In this document: positions 24,222 through 33,471 of the stretch, in pieces
How positions within the stretch are numbered: position 1 is the first letter of the stretch
Layout: each line of letters starts with the position of its first letter
DNA from: Candidatus Omnitrophota bacterium
Lineage (GTDB): Bacteria > Omnitrophota > Gorgyraeia > Duberdicusellales > Duberdicusellaceae
NCBI GenBank assembly: GCA_003644445.1
Contig: QNCG01000002.1
Coordinates: 1-39,237 of the forward strand
DNA length: 39,237 nucleotides
Reading direction: 5' to 3'
Notes under the pieces: model-generated
What the model was told of the DNA's origin: nothing
The model's database searches: none
Seen by the model: only the letters and a program-made list of their open reading frames with translations
Made by a program: the position numbers and the translations under genes

Positions 24222-25844
24222 CTAAAACCTAAAAAAGGCTAAAAATAAGCCTAAAACTCCTAAAAGACACCAGACCAAATATGTAGGTAAAACCCCGTTA
24301 TGAAGGTACTTTAAAAAATTAGCAAAAGAGAAAGTTATTTTCTTAAGAACTTGGTAAATATCAAAAAACCCCTGGCAAGCTTTATCATAGACAGGAGCTA
24401 AAAATCTCATCTTCCTAAAAGAAGTATAAAAGTCAGAGACTAAAGGCTGAGCTTCCTCTTCCTCTCCACCCACAAAAAGATTATCTTGGCGGAATTTCTT
24501 CTTTAAGGAAAAAATAAAGAATATTAACAAACCTAAGACTAAGCCAAAGATAATTAAGAGAGTAGCTAGGCTGGCTTCCCACAAACCATAAATTTTTATT
24601 TCTCCTAAATAAGGTTTAAGAAAGATATTTAAAACAGTCTCTCTAAAAAAGATACCAAAAATTACACAAAAACCGGCTAATACTAAAACAGGAAACAACA
24701 AGAAGAAATTGCCTTCTTTCACCTTTTTCTTAGATTTTCCTAAAAATACTCCTCCTAAAAATTTCAAAAAGGAAGCCAAAGTCAAACCTGAGCCTACCAG
24801 AGCAAATACTAAGCCTAAACTACCCACAATCTTTAAACTCCCTGAAGAATTCCCCACTAAATCAATAAGGGCTTGGTAAACAATCCACTTAGAGACAAAA
24901 CCATTTAAAGGAGGAATACCTGAAATAGACAAAGCAGAAATTAACCCTCCTAAAAAAGTTAAGGGCATAAATTTAGCTAAACCTCCTAAATCTTCTAATT
25001 CTGAAGAACCTGTTTTCTCTTCCACATTCCCCGCAGTTAAAAAGAGACAGGCTTTATATAAAGCATTATTAAGCATGTGGAATAATCCTCCAGCCAAACC
25101 TAAAATACTTCCACAGCCTAAGCCTAAGACCATATACCCTACCTGAGAGATAGCATGAAAACCTAATAATCTTCTTATATTATGCTGAATTAAAGCCATC
25201 ATTACTGCTGAAATTACTGTAAACCCTCCTAAGAAAATAAGGATAACTTTAGCTAAGCCATTTAAGATAAAGACATCTTTAATAACCCGAGCTAAAAGGT
25301 AAATCCCTAAGAGTTTATCTATTGAAGCCGGCAAATAAGCTACCACTGGTAAAGGCGCATGCTGAGAAACATCAGGAATCCAGGTATGAAAAGGCATAAG
25401 CCCAGCTTTAGCAAAACAACCTATCCCAATAAAGAGAAAAGAGAAAAGAGAAAGTAGAGAATTAATCTCTAATTTATTCCCAGAAAAATCAATACTCCCG
25501 GAAAGATAAGTCAAAATTAAAAAACCTAAAAGCAAAAAGGCATCACTTCCTCCCACAATAATAAAGGTCTTCTTAGCGGTATCAGCCTGTTGAGAAGTTC
25601 TATCTAAATTTATAAGAGAAAAAAGGCTCAAGCCTAAAAACCCCCAGAAGATTAAGATTAAAACAAAATTAGAAGAAAATACCACTCCTAAAGAAGCTAA
25701 GAAAGTTAGGATAAACCAGAAGTAATAATAAAATCTCCTTCTCTTTATAAAAGCTAATGAATAAATGAATATTAAGACAGTAAATAAAACTACAAACACT
25801 CCAATAAATTTAGAAAGCCCATCAAAGATAACTAAACTCCTCAT
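24222..25844 (-). CDS. Antiporter-like subunit MbhH/NuoL family (540 aa)
   Basis: It is a polytopic proton-conducting transporter with FHTWIPDVSQHAPLPVVA and FHMLNNALYKACLFL. It overlaps the large-subunit gene by 4 nt. Confidence 0.85.
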   Translation of the reverse strand: MRSLVIFDGLSKFIGVFVVLFTVLIFIYSLAFIKRRRFYYYFWFILTFLASLGVVFSSNFVLILIFWGFLGLSLFSLINLDRTSQQADTAKKTFIIVGGSDAFLLLGFLILTYLSGSIDFSGNKLEINSLLSLFSFLFIGIGCFAKAGLMPFHTWIPDVSQHAPLPVVAYLPASIDKLLGIYLLARVIKDVFILNGLAKVILIFLGGFTVISAVMMALIQHNIRRLLGFHAISQVGYMVLGLGCGSILGLAGGLFHMLNNALYKACLFLTAGNVEEKTGSSELEDLGGLAKFMPLTFLGGLISALSISGIPPLNGFVSKWIVYQALIDLVGNSSGSLKIVGSLGLVFALVGSGLTLASFLKFLGGVFLGKSKKKVKEGNFFLLFPVLVLAGFCVIFGIFFRETVLNIFLKPYLGEIKIYGLWEASLATLLIIFGLVLGLLIFFIFSLKKKFRQDNLFVGGEEEEAQPLVSDFYTSFRKMRFLAPVYDKACQGFFDIYQVLKKITFSFANFLKYLHNGVLPTYLVWCLLGVLGLFLAFFRF

Positions 25845-27025
25845 TTTAACTCTGCTTCTAACTTTTTAGTTTTTTCCTGAGAAAGCTTAATTAAATCTTG
25901 GCCAGTAAATATCTTCTCTCTATTTTTATTATAGGCTACTGCTCTCTCGGTACAACAATAACAGGGGTCTACTGCAGCTAAAGTAATAGCGGCATCAGAA
26001 ATTGAATAACCTTTAACTGCAAACTTATTAGAAGCAACATTCATATAAGAAGGAGCTCTTACTTTATGGCGAACCGGCTGATTTGTCCCATCACTTCTTA
26101 TATAATGAAAAACCTCTCCCCTTGGAGCCTCAGCTCTGCCTATGCCTTCTCCCGGAGGTATTTCTCTCACCTCTACCTCTATTGGACCAGGCTTAAGCCT
26201 ATCTACACACTGCTCAATTATCCGACAGGATTCGTACATCTCTAAAACCCTTACTAAAATTTTATCGTAAACATCACCCTTCTCAGTAGTAATCACTTGC
26301 CAGTCTATCTCTTCATAAAGACAGTAAGGCTCGTCTCTTCTTACATCTATTTTTAAACCTGAAGCCCGGGCAGTAGGACCAGCCACTCCGTAAGAGATTG
26401 CTTCTTGCTTAGTTAATACTCCTACCCCTTTAGTTCTTTTGTGAATTACCGGGTCATCTCTTACAGCCTTCTTAAATAAATCTAATTGAGGATAGAGTTC
26501 TTTAATAGTCTTTTTAATAACTGAGTAATCTTCTTCTTTTATATCTCTTCTTACCCCTCCTATCTTCATCATTGCGTAGTGGTTTCTATTGCCGGTAATG
26601 AGTTCAAATAAATCTAAGACCGGTTCTCTAGCTTTCCAGGCCCACATCCAGACAGTATTATAACCAATAAAATGTCCGGCTAAGCCTAACCATAAAAGAT
26701 GAGAATGAATTCTCTCTAATTCCGCTATAATCATTCTTATGAAGCTGGCTCGAGGAGGTGGTTTTATCCCTAATAAATCTTCTACTGCTAAAACATAAGC
26801 TAAAGGATGGGAAGTAGAACAAATCCCGCAGATTCTCTCTACTAAGAAAGTAACTTGGTCCCAGTGTTTAGTTTCTGAAAGCTTTTCAATCCCCCGATGG
26901 TTATAACCAATCTCTATATCTACATCAATAACTTTTTCTCCTTCTACAATGAGCCTAAAAAATTCCGGTTCTTCCTGTAAAGGGTGGTAAGGCCCAATTG
27001 GGATAATTTTTCTTTCTTTACTCAT
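25841..27025 (-). CDS. Group-4 [NiFe]-hydrogenase catalytic large subunit (NuoD/MbhL/HycE-like)
   Basis: The N-terminal Ni-binding motif is RICGICSTSH and the C-terminal motif is DPCYCCTER, followed by a 34-aa tail. GPYHPLQEEPEFF...GYNHRGIEK is typical of group 4. Confidence 0.93.
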   Translation of the reverse strand: MSKERKIIPIGPYHPLQEEPEFFRLIVEGEKVIDVDIEIGYNHRGIEKLSETKHWDQVTFLVERICGICSTSHPLAYVLAVEDLLGIKPPPRASFIRMIIAELERIHSHLLWLGLAGHFIGYNTVWMWAWKAREPVLDLFELITGNRNHYAMMKIGGVRRDIKEEDYSVIKKTIKELYPQLDLFKKAVRDDPVIHKRTKGVGVLTKQEAISYGVAGPTARASGLKIDVRRDEPYCLYEEIDWQVITTEKGDVYDKILVRVLEMYESCRIIEQCVDRLKPGPIEVEVREIPPGEGIGRAEAPRGEVFHYIRSDGTNQPVRHKVRAPSYMNVASNKFAVKGYSISDAAITLAAVDPCYCCTERAVAYNKNREKIFTGQDLIKLSQEKTKKLEAELK

Positions 27026-27473
27026 CTTGAGGATAACCTTTCTTTAAAGGGTAATCTTTTCTCAAAGGGTACTCTTCTTCAGGCCAATCTTTATCTAATA
27101 AGAGATGCCTAAGGTCGGGGTGACCTTTAAAATTTACACCCAACATCTCCTTAATCTCCCTTTCTATCCATTCTGTAGAATTAAAAAGAGAAACTAAGGA
27201 ATCTATCTCAGGATTAGCTTTGTCTTCAATAAATACTCTTAAATTAAAGAGCTCGCCAGTTTGGTCTTTCCCAAAATGATATATCAACTCAAAATTTTTC
27301 TCATTATCAATGCCAGTAACTGTAGAAAGGCGCATACCTAAATCCTTGTGGAGAATCTTAGCTACCTCTTTTAAATCTTTCTTATCAATAGTAATATAAA
27401 TTCTTCGAGGGTTCTTTTCAAACCACTCTTTAATCTTTCCTTCTAATTTTTTCTTAACTTCTTCTTTAATCAT
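27018..27473 (-). CDS. NuoC/MbhK-like subunit
   Basis: The pattern is that of the 30-kDa subunit family (EWIEREIKEMLGVNFKGHPDLRHLLL). Confidence 0.88.
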   Translation of the reverse strand: MIKEEVKKKLEGKIKEWFEKNPRRIYITIDKKDLKEVAKILHKDLGMRLSTVTGIDNEKNFELIYHFGKDQTGELFNLRVFIEDKANPEIDSLVSLFNSTEWIEREIKEMLGVNFKGHPDLRHLLLDKDWPEEEYPLRKDYPLKKGYPQDE

Positions 27474-27889
27474 CTGTTTACCTTTTTAATTAACTTCACA
27501 ATTCCGGAAATTATTGCCTCAGGTTTAGGAGGACAACCCGGTATATACAAATCCACAGGGATAATCTCATCCAAAGGAGCTTGCATTGAATAACTGGGCT
27601 TAAACATTTGCTGAGAACAAGTACAACTCCCTACCGCTACCACAAAACAGGGTTTTGGTGCCTGGGTATAAAGCTTTTTAAGCCTCTTTAAAGACTTCTT
27701 ATTCATTGCTCCAGTTATAAGTAAGACATCAGCGTGTCTAATACTGCCGATTAACTGTATACCAAACCTTTCTACATCATAACGGGGAGTTAATAAGTCT
27801 AAAATCTCAATATCACAATTATTACAGGAGCCTGCAGATATATGAAAAACCCACAAAGATTTAGTAAGTATTTTCTCTTTTAACCCCAT
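27470..27889 (-). CDS. Hydrogenase small subunit, NuoB/MbhJ-like
   Basis: The Cys ligands for the proximal [4Fe-4S] are present: GSCNNCDIE, GSCTCS, IPGCPPKPE. Confidence 0.92.
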   Translation of the reverse strand: MGLKEKILTKSLWVFHISAGSCNNCDIEILDLLTPRYDVERFGIQLIGSIRHADVLLITGAMNKKSLKRLKKLYTQAPKPCFVVAVGSCTCSQQMFKPSYSMQAPLDEIIPVDLYIPGCPPKPEAIISGIVKLIKKVNR

Positions 27890-28797
27890 TAAAAACCAAG
27901 TATTGCTAAAATTATTGCTAATAATCCTAAAGGAAATAATAAAAACCAGAAAAACTTAACTATGTCATCAGCTCTTAACCGAGGGTTAGTATTCTTAATT
28001 ACTGAAATTAAAAGAATAATTATAAGATATTTATAAATAAGATGCCAGCCTAAATTATCAGCCCAGAAAAGTAAAATTAAAAATAAAGGTAAGATAAAAT
28101 AGAAAAGAGCCCGGGTTAATTTAAAAAATCCTAATAAAGGGCCTCCATACTCAATATAGATTCCGGCCATTATCTCTTGCTCTGCTTCAGAAACATCAAA
28201 AGGAACTAAACCCATCTTAGCCTGAAGCCAGATTAACCCCAAGATAAAAGCAATAAACCCCGAAATACTCCCTAAAAAAGGAAAAGATTTCTGCAAAGAA
28301 ATTATCCCCTCTAAACTCAAATTACCCTTAGATTTTATTAAGACTACTATTAAACTGGTAACAAAAATAAATTCATAAGAAAGCATAAGTTTTACTTCTC
28401 TGGCTGCCCCACAGCTAGCTAAAGGATTAGCTGAAGAAAATCCTCCTAAAATAGTAAATAAGGAAGGGGTAATCAACAGGTAAAATACCACCAATAAATC
28501 AGCCTGAAAAATACTTTCCTTTAAAAATAGAGCCTGAGTTATAAAGAGAATCACCAAGAGCACTGAAGAAAAGGAAATTATAGGACTAGCTATGAATAAA
28601 GGCTTAAAGGAATCTTTAGGAATGACTTGTTCTTTAAAGAATAACTTCAATATATCTATAAAATTCTGATACCAGGGAGGACCAACCCGGTATTGAAACC
28701 GGGCAGTTAACTTCCTCTCTACCCACCAGCCTAAACCTCCCCAGAAGAGAGAAAACAAAAATCCTGGAAAAATCAAGTAATTAAAAAGGAGTTTCAT
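27889..28797 (-). CDS. NuoH/MbhM/HycD-like membrane subunit
   Basis: It has eight predicted TM segments and the N-terminal motif ERKLTARFQYRVGP typical of NuoH/HycD. Confidence 0.85.
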   Translation of the reverse strand: MKLLFNYLIFPGFLFSLFWGGLGWWVERKLTARFQYRVGPPWYQNFIDILKLFFKEQVIPKDSFKPLFIASPIISFSSVLLVILFITQALFLKESIFQADLLVVFYLLITPSLFTILGGFSSANPLASCGAAREVKLMLSYEFIFVTSLIVVLIKSKGNLSLEGIISLQKSFPFLGSISGFIAFILGLIWLQAKMGLVPFDVSEAEQEIMAGIYIEYGGPLLGFFKLTRALFYFILPLFLILLFWADNLGWHLIYKYLIIILLISVIKNTNPRLRADDIVKFFWFLLFPLGLLAIILAILGF

Positions 28798-29282
28798 TTT
28801 TTCTTATAAAGAATTGTGTCATCCTTAAACCACTTCTTAGAATGAATAGCCAACTTATCAGAAACAAAGAATATCCCTTCTTCTATACTCTCTTCTTTTA
28901 TCTCTCTAATCTCTAAAGCACCGTAAGGACAGCTCTCCACGCAAGAAGGTTTACCTTTCTCTATACAGAAATCACACTTAGAATCTAAGAAACTTAAAAA
29001 ATCTACCAAAATAGTCCCGAAGGGACAAGCCAAAGAACAACTTTTACAAGAAGTACAAAGAATGTTAGACCTTCTAAGAATACCCTTCTCGTCTTTAGCT
29101 AAAGCCTGATGATAACAAGCTTTTATACAAGGAGCTTCCTCACACTGCCTACAAATCAAAGAAAAAGTAGCTAACTCTCTTAAATTAGTTATCCCATTAT
29201 TTTGAAGGTGATAAAAATAACTACATTTTACTACACATTCTTTACAGTTATCACACTTTTCTAAATCAATAAATAGCTTCAT
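28794..29282 (-). CDS. HycB/HydN-like polyferredoxin (four 4Fe-4S motifs)
   Basis: The four motifs are CDNCKECVVKC, CRQCEEAPCIKAC, CTSCKSCSLACP and CDFC...CVESCP. Confidence 0.8.
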   Translation of the reverse strand: MKLFIDLEKCDNCKECVVKCSYFYHLQNNGITNLRELATFSLICRQCEEAPCIKACYHQALAKDEKGILRRSNILCTSCKSCSLACPFGTILVDFLSFLDSKCDFCIEKGKPSCVESCPYGALEIREIKEESIEEGIFFVSDKLAIHSKKWFKDDTILYKKK

Positions 29283-29285
29283 CTC

Positions 29286-30110
29286 TTAATCCCAGATATC
29301 TTCAATATCTTTTATCTCGGAATATTTAAATACTGGCCCGTCTTTGCAGACATAAAACCGGCCTAACCTGCAATGCCCACATTTACCTAAACCACAACTC
29401 ATATTCTTCTCCATAGATAAATAGATATTTTCCTCTAAAAAGCCCGATTCTAAAAGTTTCCAGGTTGTAAACTTCATCATTATTGGAGGTCCACAGACTA
29501 CACTAACTGCCTGAGAAGAATTTAAAGGTAGATTATCTAAAAGAGTAGTAACTACTCCTACGTTTCCTTGCCAATTCTGGTCAGCCTTATCTACAGTAAG
29601 CCTTAACTCCACATTCTCAGGTTTTTTAAATTCTTCTATCTGGTATTTATAGACTATATCCTGAGGGGTTTTAGCTCCATAACAGATGATAATTTTCTTA
29701 AAATCTTCTATTCTCGAGAATAAAGCATAGATTAAAGAACGAAGAGGTGCAAGCCCTACCCCTCCTCCTACTATCAATAATTCCTTTCCTACAAAACTAT
29801 CTAAAGGATAACCTTTACCTAAAGGGCCTCTCAAACCTAGAATCTGGCCTACCTTGGCCTGATGAAAAAGAGCAGTAATTCGGCCTACCTTCATTATGGT
29901 TACTTCAAATTCTTCTTTTTTGTTGGGGTCAGATGAGGGAGTAAAGGGAGCTTCTCCTTTTCCCGGATAAGTAAGTTCTATAAATTGACCGGTAGAAAAA
30001 GAAAATTCTTCTTCAGGTTTTAAGACCAGCGTCTTAATTGTGGGGGTTTCTTCAATTATCTTAGTAATAACTGCCTGTTTAGGAGTATAGATTGAATTCA
30101 TTTTAGGCAT
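29286..30110 (-). CDS. FAD/NAD(P)-binding 2Fe-2S oxidoreductase (sulfhydrogenase gamma HydG / AsrB-like)
   Basis: It has a ferredoxin-reductase-type fold with nucleotide loop GGGVGLAPL. The C-terminal 2Fe-2S motif is CGLGKCGHCRLG...VCKDGPVF. Confidence 0.85.
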   Translation of the reverse strand: MPKMNSIYTPKQAVITKIIEETPTIKTLVLKPEEEFSFSTGQFIELTYPGKGEAPFTPSSDPNKKEEFEVTIMKVGRITALFHQAKVGQILGLRGPLGKGYPLDSFVGKELLIVGGGVGLAPLRSLIYALFSRIEDFKKIIICYGAKTPQDIVYKYQIEEFKKPENVELRLTVDKADQNWQGNVGVVTTLLDNLPLNSSQAVSVVCGPPIMMKFTTWKLLESGFLEENIYLSMEKNMSCGLGKCGHCRLGRFYVCKDGPVFKYSEIKDIEDIWD

Positions 30111-31113
30111 TAAGAGCTTTAAAGATTTCTCTTAGGTCAATCTTAGCTATACAAGAATCAATACACCTTCCGCAACCAGTGCAGGCATAAAGGTCTATTC
30201 TTTCTTTAAAAAATTCAAATTTTTTAATATAACGGTTGCGCAATCTCTGGGCCCTTAATTTCAAAGGGTTAGCTCCTCCAGCAACTCTAGCAAAATTCTT
30301 ATATTGGCAACCATCCCAGATTCTCCCTCGAAAATACTCACCTTTTCTTTCCTCATCAGAAAGTAAGAAGCAGTGGCAAGTAGGACAATTCATAATACAA
30401 GCTCCACATTCTACACAGCTTAAAGCAGTGTCTTGCCAAAGGGGGTTAGCGTGATTGTTCTTTACAAGCTGGTACAATTTCTCCTGAGGAACTAACCCTA
30501 AGGAAGAAAGGTGTTTTTCTAAGTCTTCAATAATCTTTTTTCTCTTTTCTTCTCGTCTGGCTTGTAAATCTTTTCTCTCTTCAAACAGGTCTTTATTATC
30601 CTCCCAGATTCTCTTAGCTTTTTCTGAACCTATCTCTACTAAAAAACCTCTATCAATATCAGAAAGATTAAAGTCAAAACCTTCTTGAGGATAAGGTTTT
30701 ATCTCTAAATTCAGACAGAAACACACATCTTTGAAACTTGTACAGTCCGAAGAAATTATTAAGCTGGTTTCTCTCTTTTTCTTATATTCCTCATCAACAA
30801 AATCCCCTTCTAAAAATACATAGTCCTGAATTTTTAAAGAATAAAGGTCGCAGCTTTTAAGCCCTACTATAGCAAAAGGCTTAATCTCTCTCCGGGGAAT
30901 TTTAGAATCAAAATAACCAACGACCAGAGAAGAAGAGGCAGTAAAAAATTGACGGGGACTGCTAATTAACCGGTAGGGATTAAATATAAACCCCTCTTTA
31001 AATAAAGAATAATCATAGTCTCTCTCATTAATGAATTGGGGGGTATAGACTAAGAAATCTTTACTTAATCTTTCCAAGAATCTCCTAAAATTATAATAAC
31101 TTATAAATTGCAT
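30103..31113 (-). CDS. 4Fe-4S protein (sulfhydrogenase beta HydB / AsrA-like)
   Basis: It has CVECGACIMNCPTCHC and CTGCGRCIDSC. It overlaps the gamma-like gene by 8 nt and is the first gene of the operon. Confidence 0.8.
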   Translation of the reverse strand: MQFISYYNFRRFLERLSKDFLVYTPQFINERDYDYSLFKEGFIFNPYRLISSPRQFFTASSSLVVGYFDSKIPRREIKPFAIVGLKSCDLYSLKIQDYVFLEGDFVDEEYKKKRETSLIISSDCTSFKDVCFCLNLEIKPYPQEGFDFNLSDIDRGFLVEIGSEKAKRIWEDNKDLFEERKDLQARREEKRKKIIEDLEKHLSSLGLVPQEKLYQLVKNNHANPLWQDTALSCVECGACIMNCPTCHCFLLSDEERKGEYFRGRIWDGCQYKNFARVAGGANPLKLRAQRLRNRYIKKFEFFKERIDLYACTGCGRCIDSCIAKIDLREIFKALNA

Positions 31114-31124
31114 CAGTCTTTAAA

Positions 31125-31142
31125 TTGTGAAAAAATTCACAA
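31125..31142. promoter_or_regulatory. Perfect CRP/FNR-type palindrome TTGTGAA-N4-TTCACAA (TGTGA-N6-TCACA) in the hydrogenase operon leader
   Basis: Read directly. It lies 12 nt upstream of the ATG at 31113, where an SD would be expected, and none is visible. It is downstream of the candidate promoter. Confidence 0.45.
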
Positions 31143-31184
31143 GAAAAGGAAAATAAAAAAAGAAAATATCTTTAAATTGGAAAT

Positions 31185-31212
31185 ATAATATCAATTTAAG
31201 CAAAGATGTCAA
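31185..31212 (-). promoter_or_regulatory. Candidate sigma70-type promoter of the hydrogenase operon
   Basis: The minus strand reads TTGACA (31212..31207), N16, TATTAT (31190..31185). Confidence 0.45.
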
Positions 31213-31229
31213 GAAAAACCTCTGATTAA

Positions 31230-31634
31230 CTACAGAGATATATTCATAGCCTGGTAAGGACAAGCCTTAATACATATCCCACAGGCAATACATTTATCCT
31301 GAATAAACTCTATTTGGAGGGTATGCTCATTTCTCTTTAAAGCTGAAGTTGGACACAAAGGAACACACACGCCACAATCAACGCATTTATCTCTATCCAT
31401 AATTACATCTTCACTTAAAGGTTGAATCTTTACCCCTACTGAAGAAAGATAATCCAATCCTTTTTTATAATCAGAGTCTTTGCCCTCAATTTCCAAGACT
31501 AAAACTCCTTCTTCCTTGGGGTTAACTTCGGCTTTTAGGATGTTAAATTCTAAATTAAACTCCTTAACTAATTTATAAACAATAGGTTTATCTACCAGCC
31601 GGCGGGGAAAATGCAATACAATCCTTTTCTTCAC
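31230..31634 (-). CDS. NIL-domain / 2x[4Fe-4S] ferredoxin protein (MA1822-like)
   Basis: The N-terminal NIL-type domain (PIVYKLVKEFNLEFNILKAEV) is followed by CVDCGVCVPLCP and CIACGICIKACP. It overlaps the COG1900 gene by 4 nt. Confidence 0.8.
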   Translation of the reverse strand: MKKRIVLHFPRRLVDKPIVYKLVKEFNLEFNILKAEVNPKEEGVLVLEIEGKDSDYKKGLDYLSSVGVKIQPLSEDVIMDRDKCVDCGVCVPLCPTSALKRNEHTLQIEFIQDKCIACGICIKACPYQAMNISL

Positions 31635-32830
31635 TTTAGCCTCTCTTTTAAAGGTTTAAATCTATATCCTGATTCACAACCAGGAAGATTTTCGACCTTC
31701 TCAGTTAGAAAGAATCTGCCTTGGCTAATCCAATCTTTCAAAATACCGGCTATATCTTTTGCCTTCCTTAAACTGGAGAGACAACCGCAGTTAACTTCTT
31801 CATCTTGCACCTGAATAACCCCTGAACGCAATTGTTTATAACTTACCTCGCCTAAAATCTTACCTGTTCCTTGAGGATAGTCATAAGAATAATCTACTAC
31901 TGGAGCAAAAATCTCTTCATCTTTTACACAAACATTTTCAAAAATTTCTTCATCTAATATAGGTATAGGCACACCTACCCCTACACTTAAAGTCACCCCA
32001 TAGCCTATCATAGATGTCCCTCTTAAATATTGAGAATTCATCCCCTTTAAATCTCCGATTAAGGCTAAAGTTCCTGCTGGTCTTTTAGGCACTCCCTTCT
32101 CTGTCCTCTCCACACAAGGATTATGCTGTGTCCCCCAGAAAGCTACAAAACCTACCCCACCTCCTAAAAATATCTTAGTTCCTATACCAATAGTCTTGTA
32201 GTGGGGGTCACAAAGTAAGGGGCTGTAATATCCTGCCGAGCAAAAATTAGCATTACCTAAATTGGGCTTAAGAACCCCCATATAAGTATAGATAGGTTTA
32301 TCCGAAAGATTAACCGCCACATTATAATTCTGATAACAATTTCTAATGTTAAATAAGACTACTTCGTTTAAGTCTTTTATGTTTATTAAAGTCTTAAGTT
32401 CTTTGCGGGGATAACAATCTGTGCCGTAGGCAGAAGCTAAAAGTAAAAGGTCATCTCCTCTTACTAACTTCTCAATCACATGGCCTCCCCCAAAGCCAAA
32501 ATTGCCGGGATAAACTCTATTGCGGGGGTCGTCCTCAGGAAGGGCGGCTGCTCCTAAAAACAAGTCTACTGCAGAAAGCCCTGTATAACAGGGAACCCCT
32601 TCCAAAGTAACTTTTCCTCCTCCTAACTTTATCTTAGGTTGAGAGTGTCCCACATTAAAATAAATTCCTGATGAACACATTGGCCCAAAAGTAGCAGTAG
32701 TAACTACATCTACTTCCTTGAAGGTATTTTTATAACCTTTCTCCTCAATCAGAGAAAGAAGCTCATCCTTAGTAACCACTAAGGCTTTACCTTCTTTTAT
32801 CTTCTGATTAATCTCGGAAATACTCCTCAT
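31631..32830 (-). CDS. COG1900/DUF39 homocysteine biosynthesis protein (MA1821-like, no CBS domains)
   Basis: The 399-aa protein matches the family throughout by eye ([29 protein letters not shown]). It is paired with a NIL-ferredoxin, as in methanogens. Confidence 0.8.
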   Translation of the reverse strand: MRSISEINQKIKEGKALVVTKDELLSLIEEKGYKNTFKEVDVVTTATFGPMCSSGIYFNVGHSQPKIKLGGGKVTLEGVPCYTGLSAVDLFLGAAALPEDDPRNRVYPGNFGFGGGHVIEKLVRGDDLLLLASAYGTDCYPRKELKTLINIKDLNEVVLFNIRNCYQNYNVAVNLSDKPIYTYMGVLKPNLGNANFCSAGYYSPLLCDPHYKTIGIGTKIFLGGGVGFVAFWGTQHNPCVERTEKGVPKRPAGTLALIGDLKGMNSQYLRGTSMIGYGVTLSVGVGVPIPILDEEIFENVCVKDEEIFAPVVDYSYDYPQGTGKILGEVSYKQLRSGVIQVQDEEVNCGCLSSLRKAKDIAGILKDWISQGRFFLTEKVENLPGCESGYRFKPLKERLK

Positions 32831-33462
32831 TTTGCCTTCCTCTCTAACTCCTCAATTCTCTTTTCTAAACGGTGCAAAACTTCAATTACTGGGTCAGGAA
32901 GTTTATTGTGGTCTAAATCTACCCCACTAATTTTTTTGGGTTCTTTAGAAACAACGACCCTGCCCGGGACCCCTACAACTGTAGAATTAGGAGGGACATC
33001 TTTTATCACCACTGAGCCTGCTCCAATCTTTGCTCCATCTCCAACTTTTATAGGACCCAGAAGAATGGCTCCGGCCCCAATCACTACTCTATTACCAATA
33101 GTAGGGTGTCTTTTGGTCTTCTCTTGAGAAGTGCCACCTAAGACTACACCCTGGTAAATCAAAACATCATCACCAATCTCCGTAGTCTCGCCAATAACTA
33201 CGCCTGCTCCGTGGTCAATAAAGAACCTCCTCCCAATCCTTGCTCCGGGATGAATTTCTACCCCAGTTAAAAAGCGAGAAATATGAGAAAGAAGCCGAGC
33301 AAAAGTCTTAAAACTTCTCCTCCAGAACCAGTGAGAAATCCGATGTAGCCAAATTGCGTGCAGTCCAGGATAGCACAAGATGACTTCGGCCACCGTTCGG
33401 GCAGCCGGGTCCTCCCGAAAAGCAGTTTGAATGTCTTCTTTAAATCTTTCTAATAGCCCCAC
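32827..33462 (-). CDS. cysE: Serine O-acetyltransferase
   Basis: It has the N-terminal SATase helix region ([30 protein letters not shown]) and hexapeptide repeats ([31 protein letters not shown]). Confidence 0.92.
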   Translation of the reverse strand: MGLLERFKEDIQTAFREDPAARTVAEVILCYPGLHAIWLHRISHWFWRRSFKTFARLLSHISRFLTGVEIHPGARIGRRFFIDHGAGVVIGETTEIGDDVLIYQGVVLGGTSQEKTKRHPTIGNRVVIGAGAILLGPIKVGDGAKIGAGSVVIKDVPPNSTVVGVPGRVVVSKEPKKISGVDLDHNKLPDPVIEVLHRLEKRIEELERKAK

Positions 33463-33471
33463 TCTAAAACT

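Noticed and set aside
8540-31113. The idea that the pilus is a conductive e-pilus electrically serving the neighbouring hydrogenase
   Set aside because: The pilin is a 118-aa globular-headed GspG-like subunit with ordinary aromatic content, unlike the truncated Geobacter-type pilin. No multihaem cytochromes are present, and the two clusters are separate operons. Nothing in the sequence supports the link.
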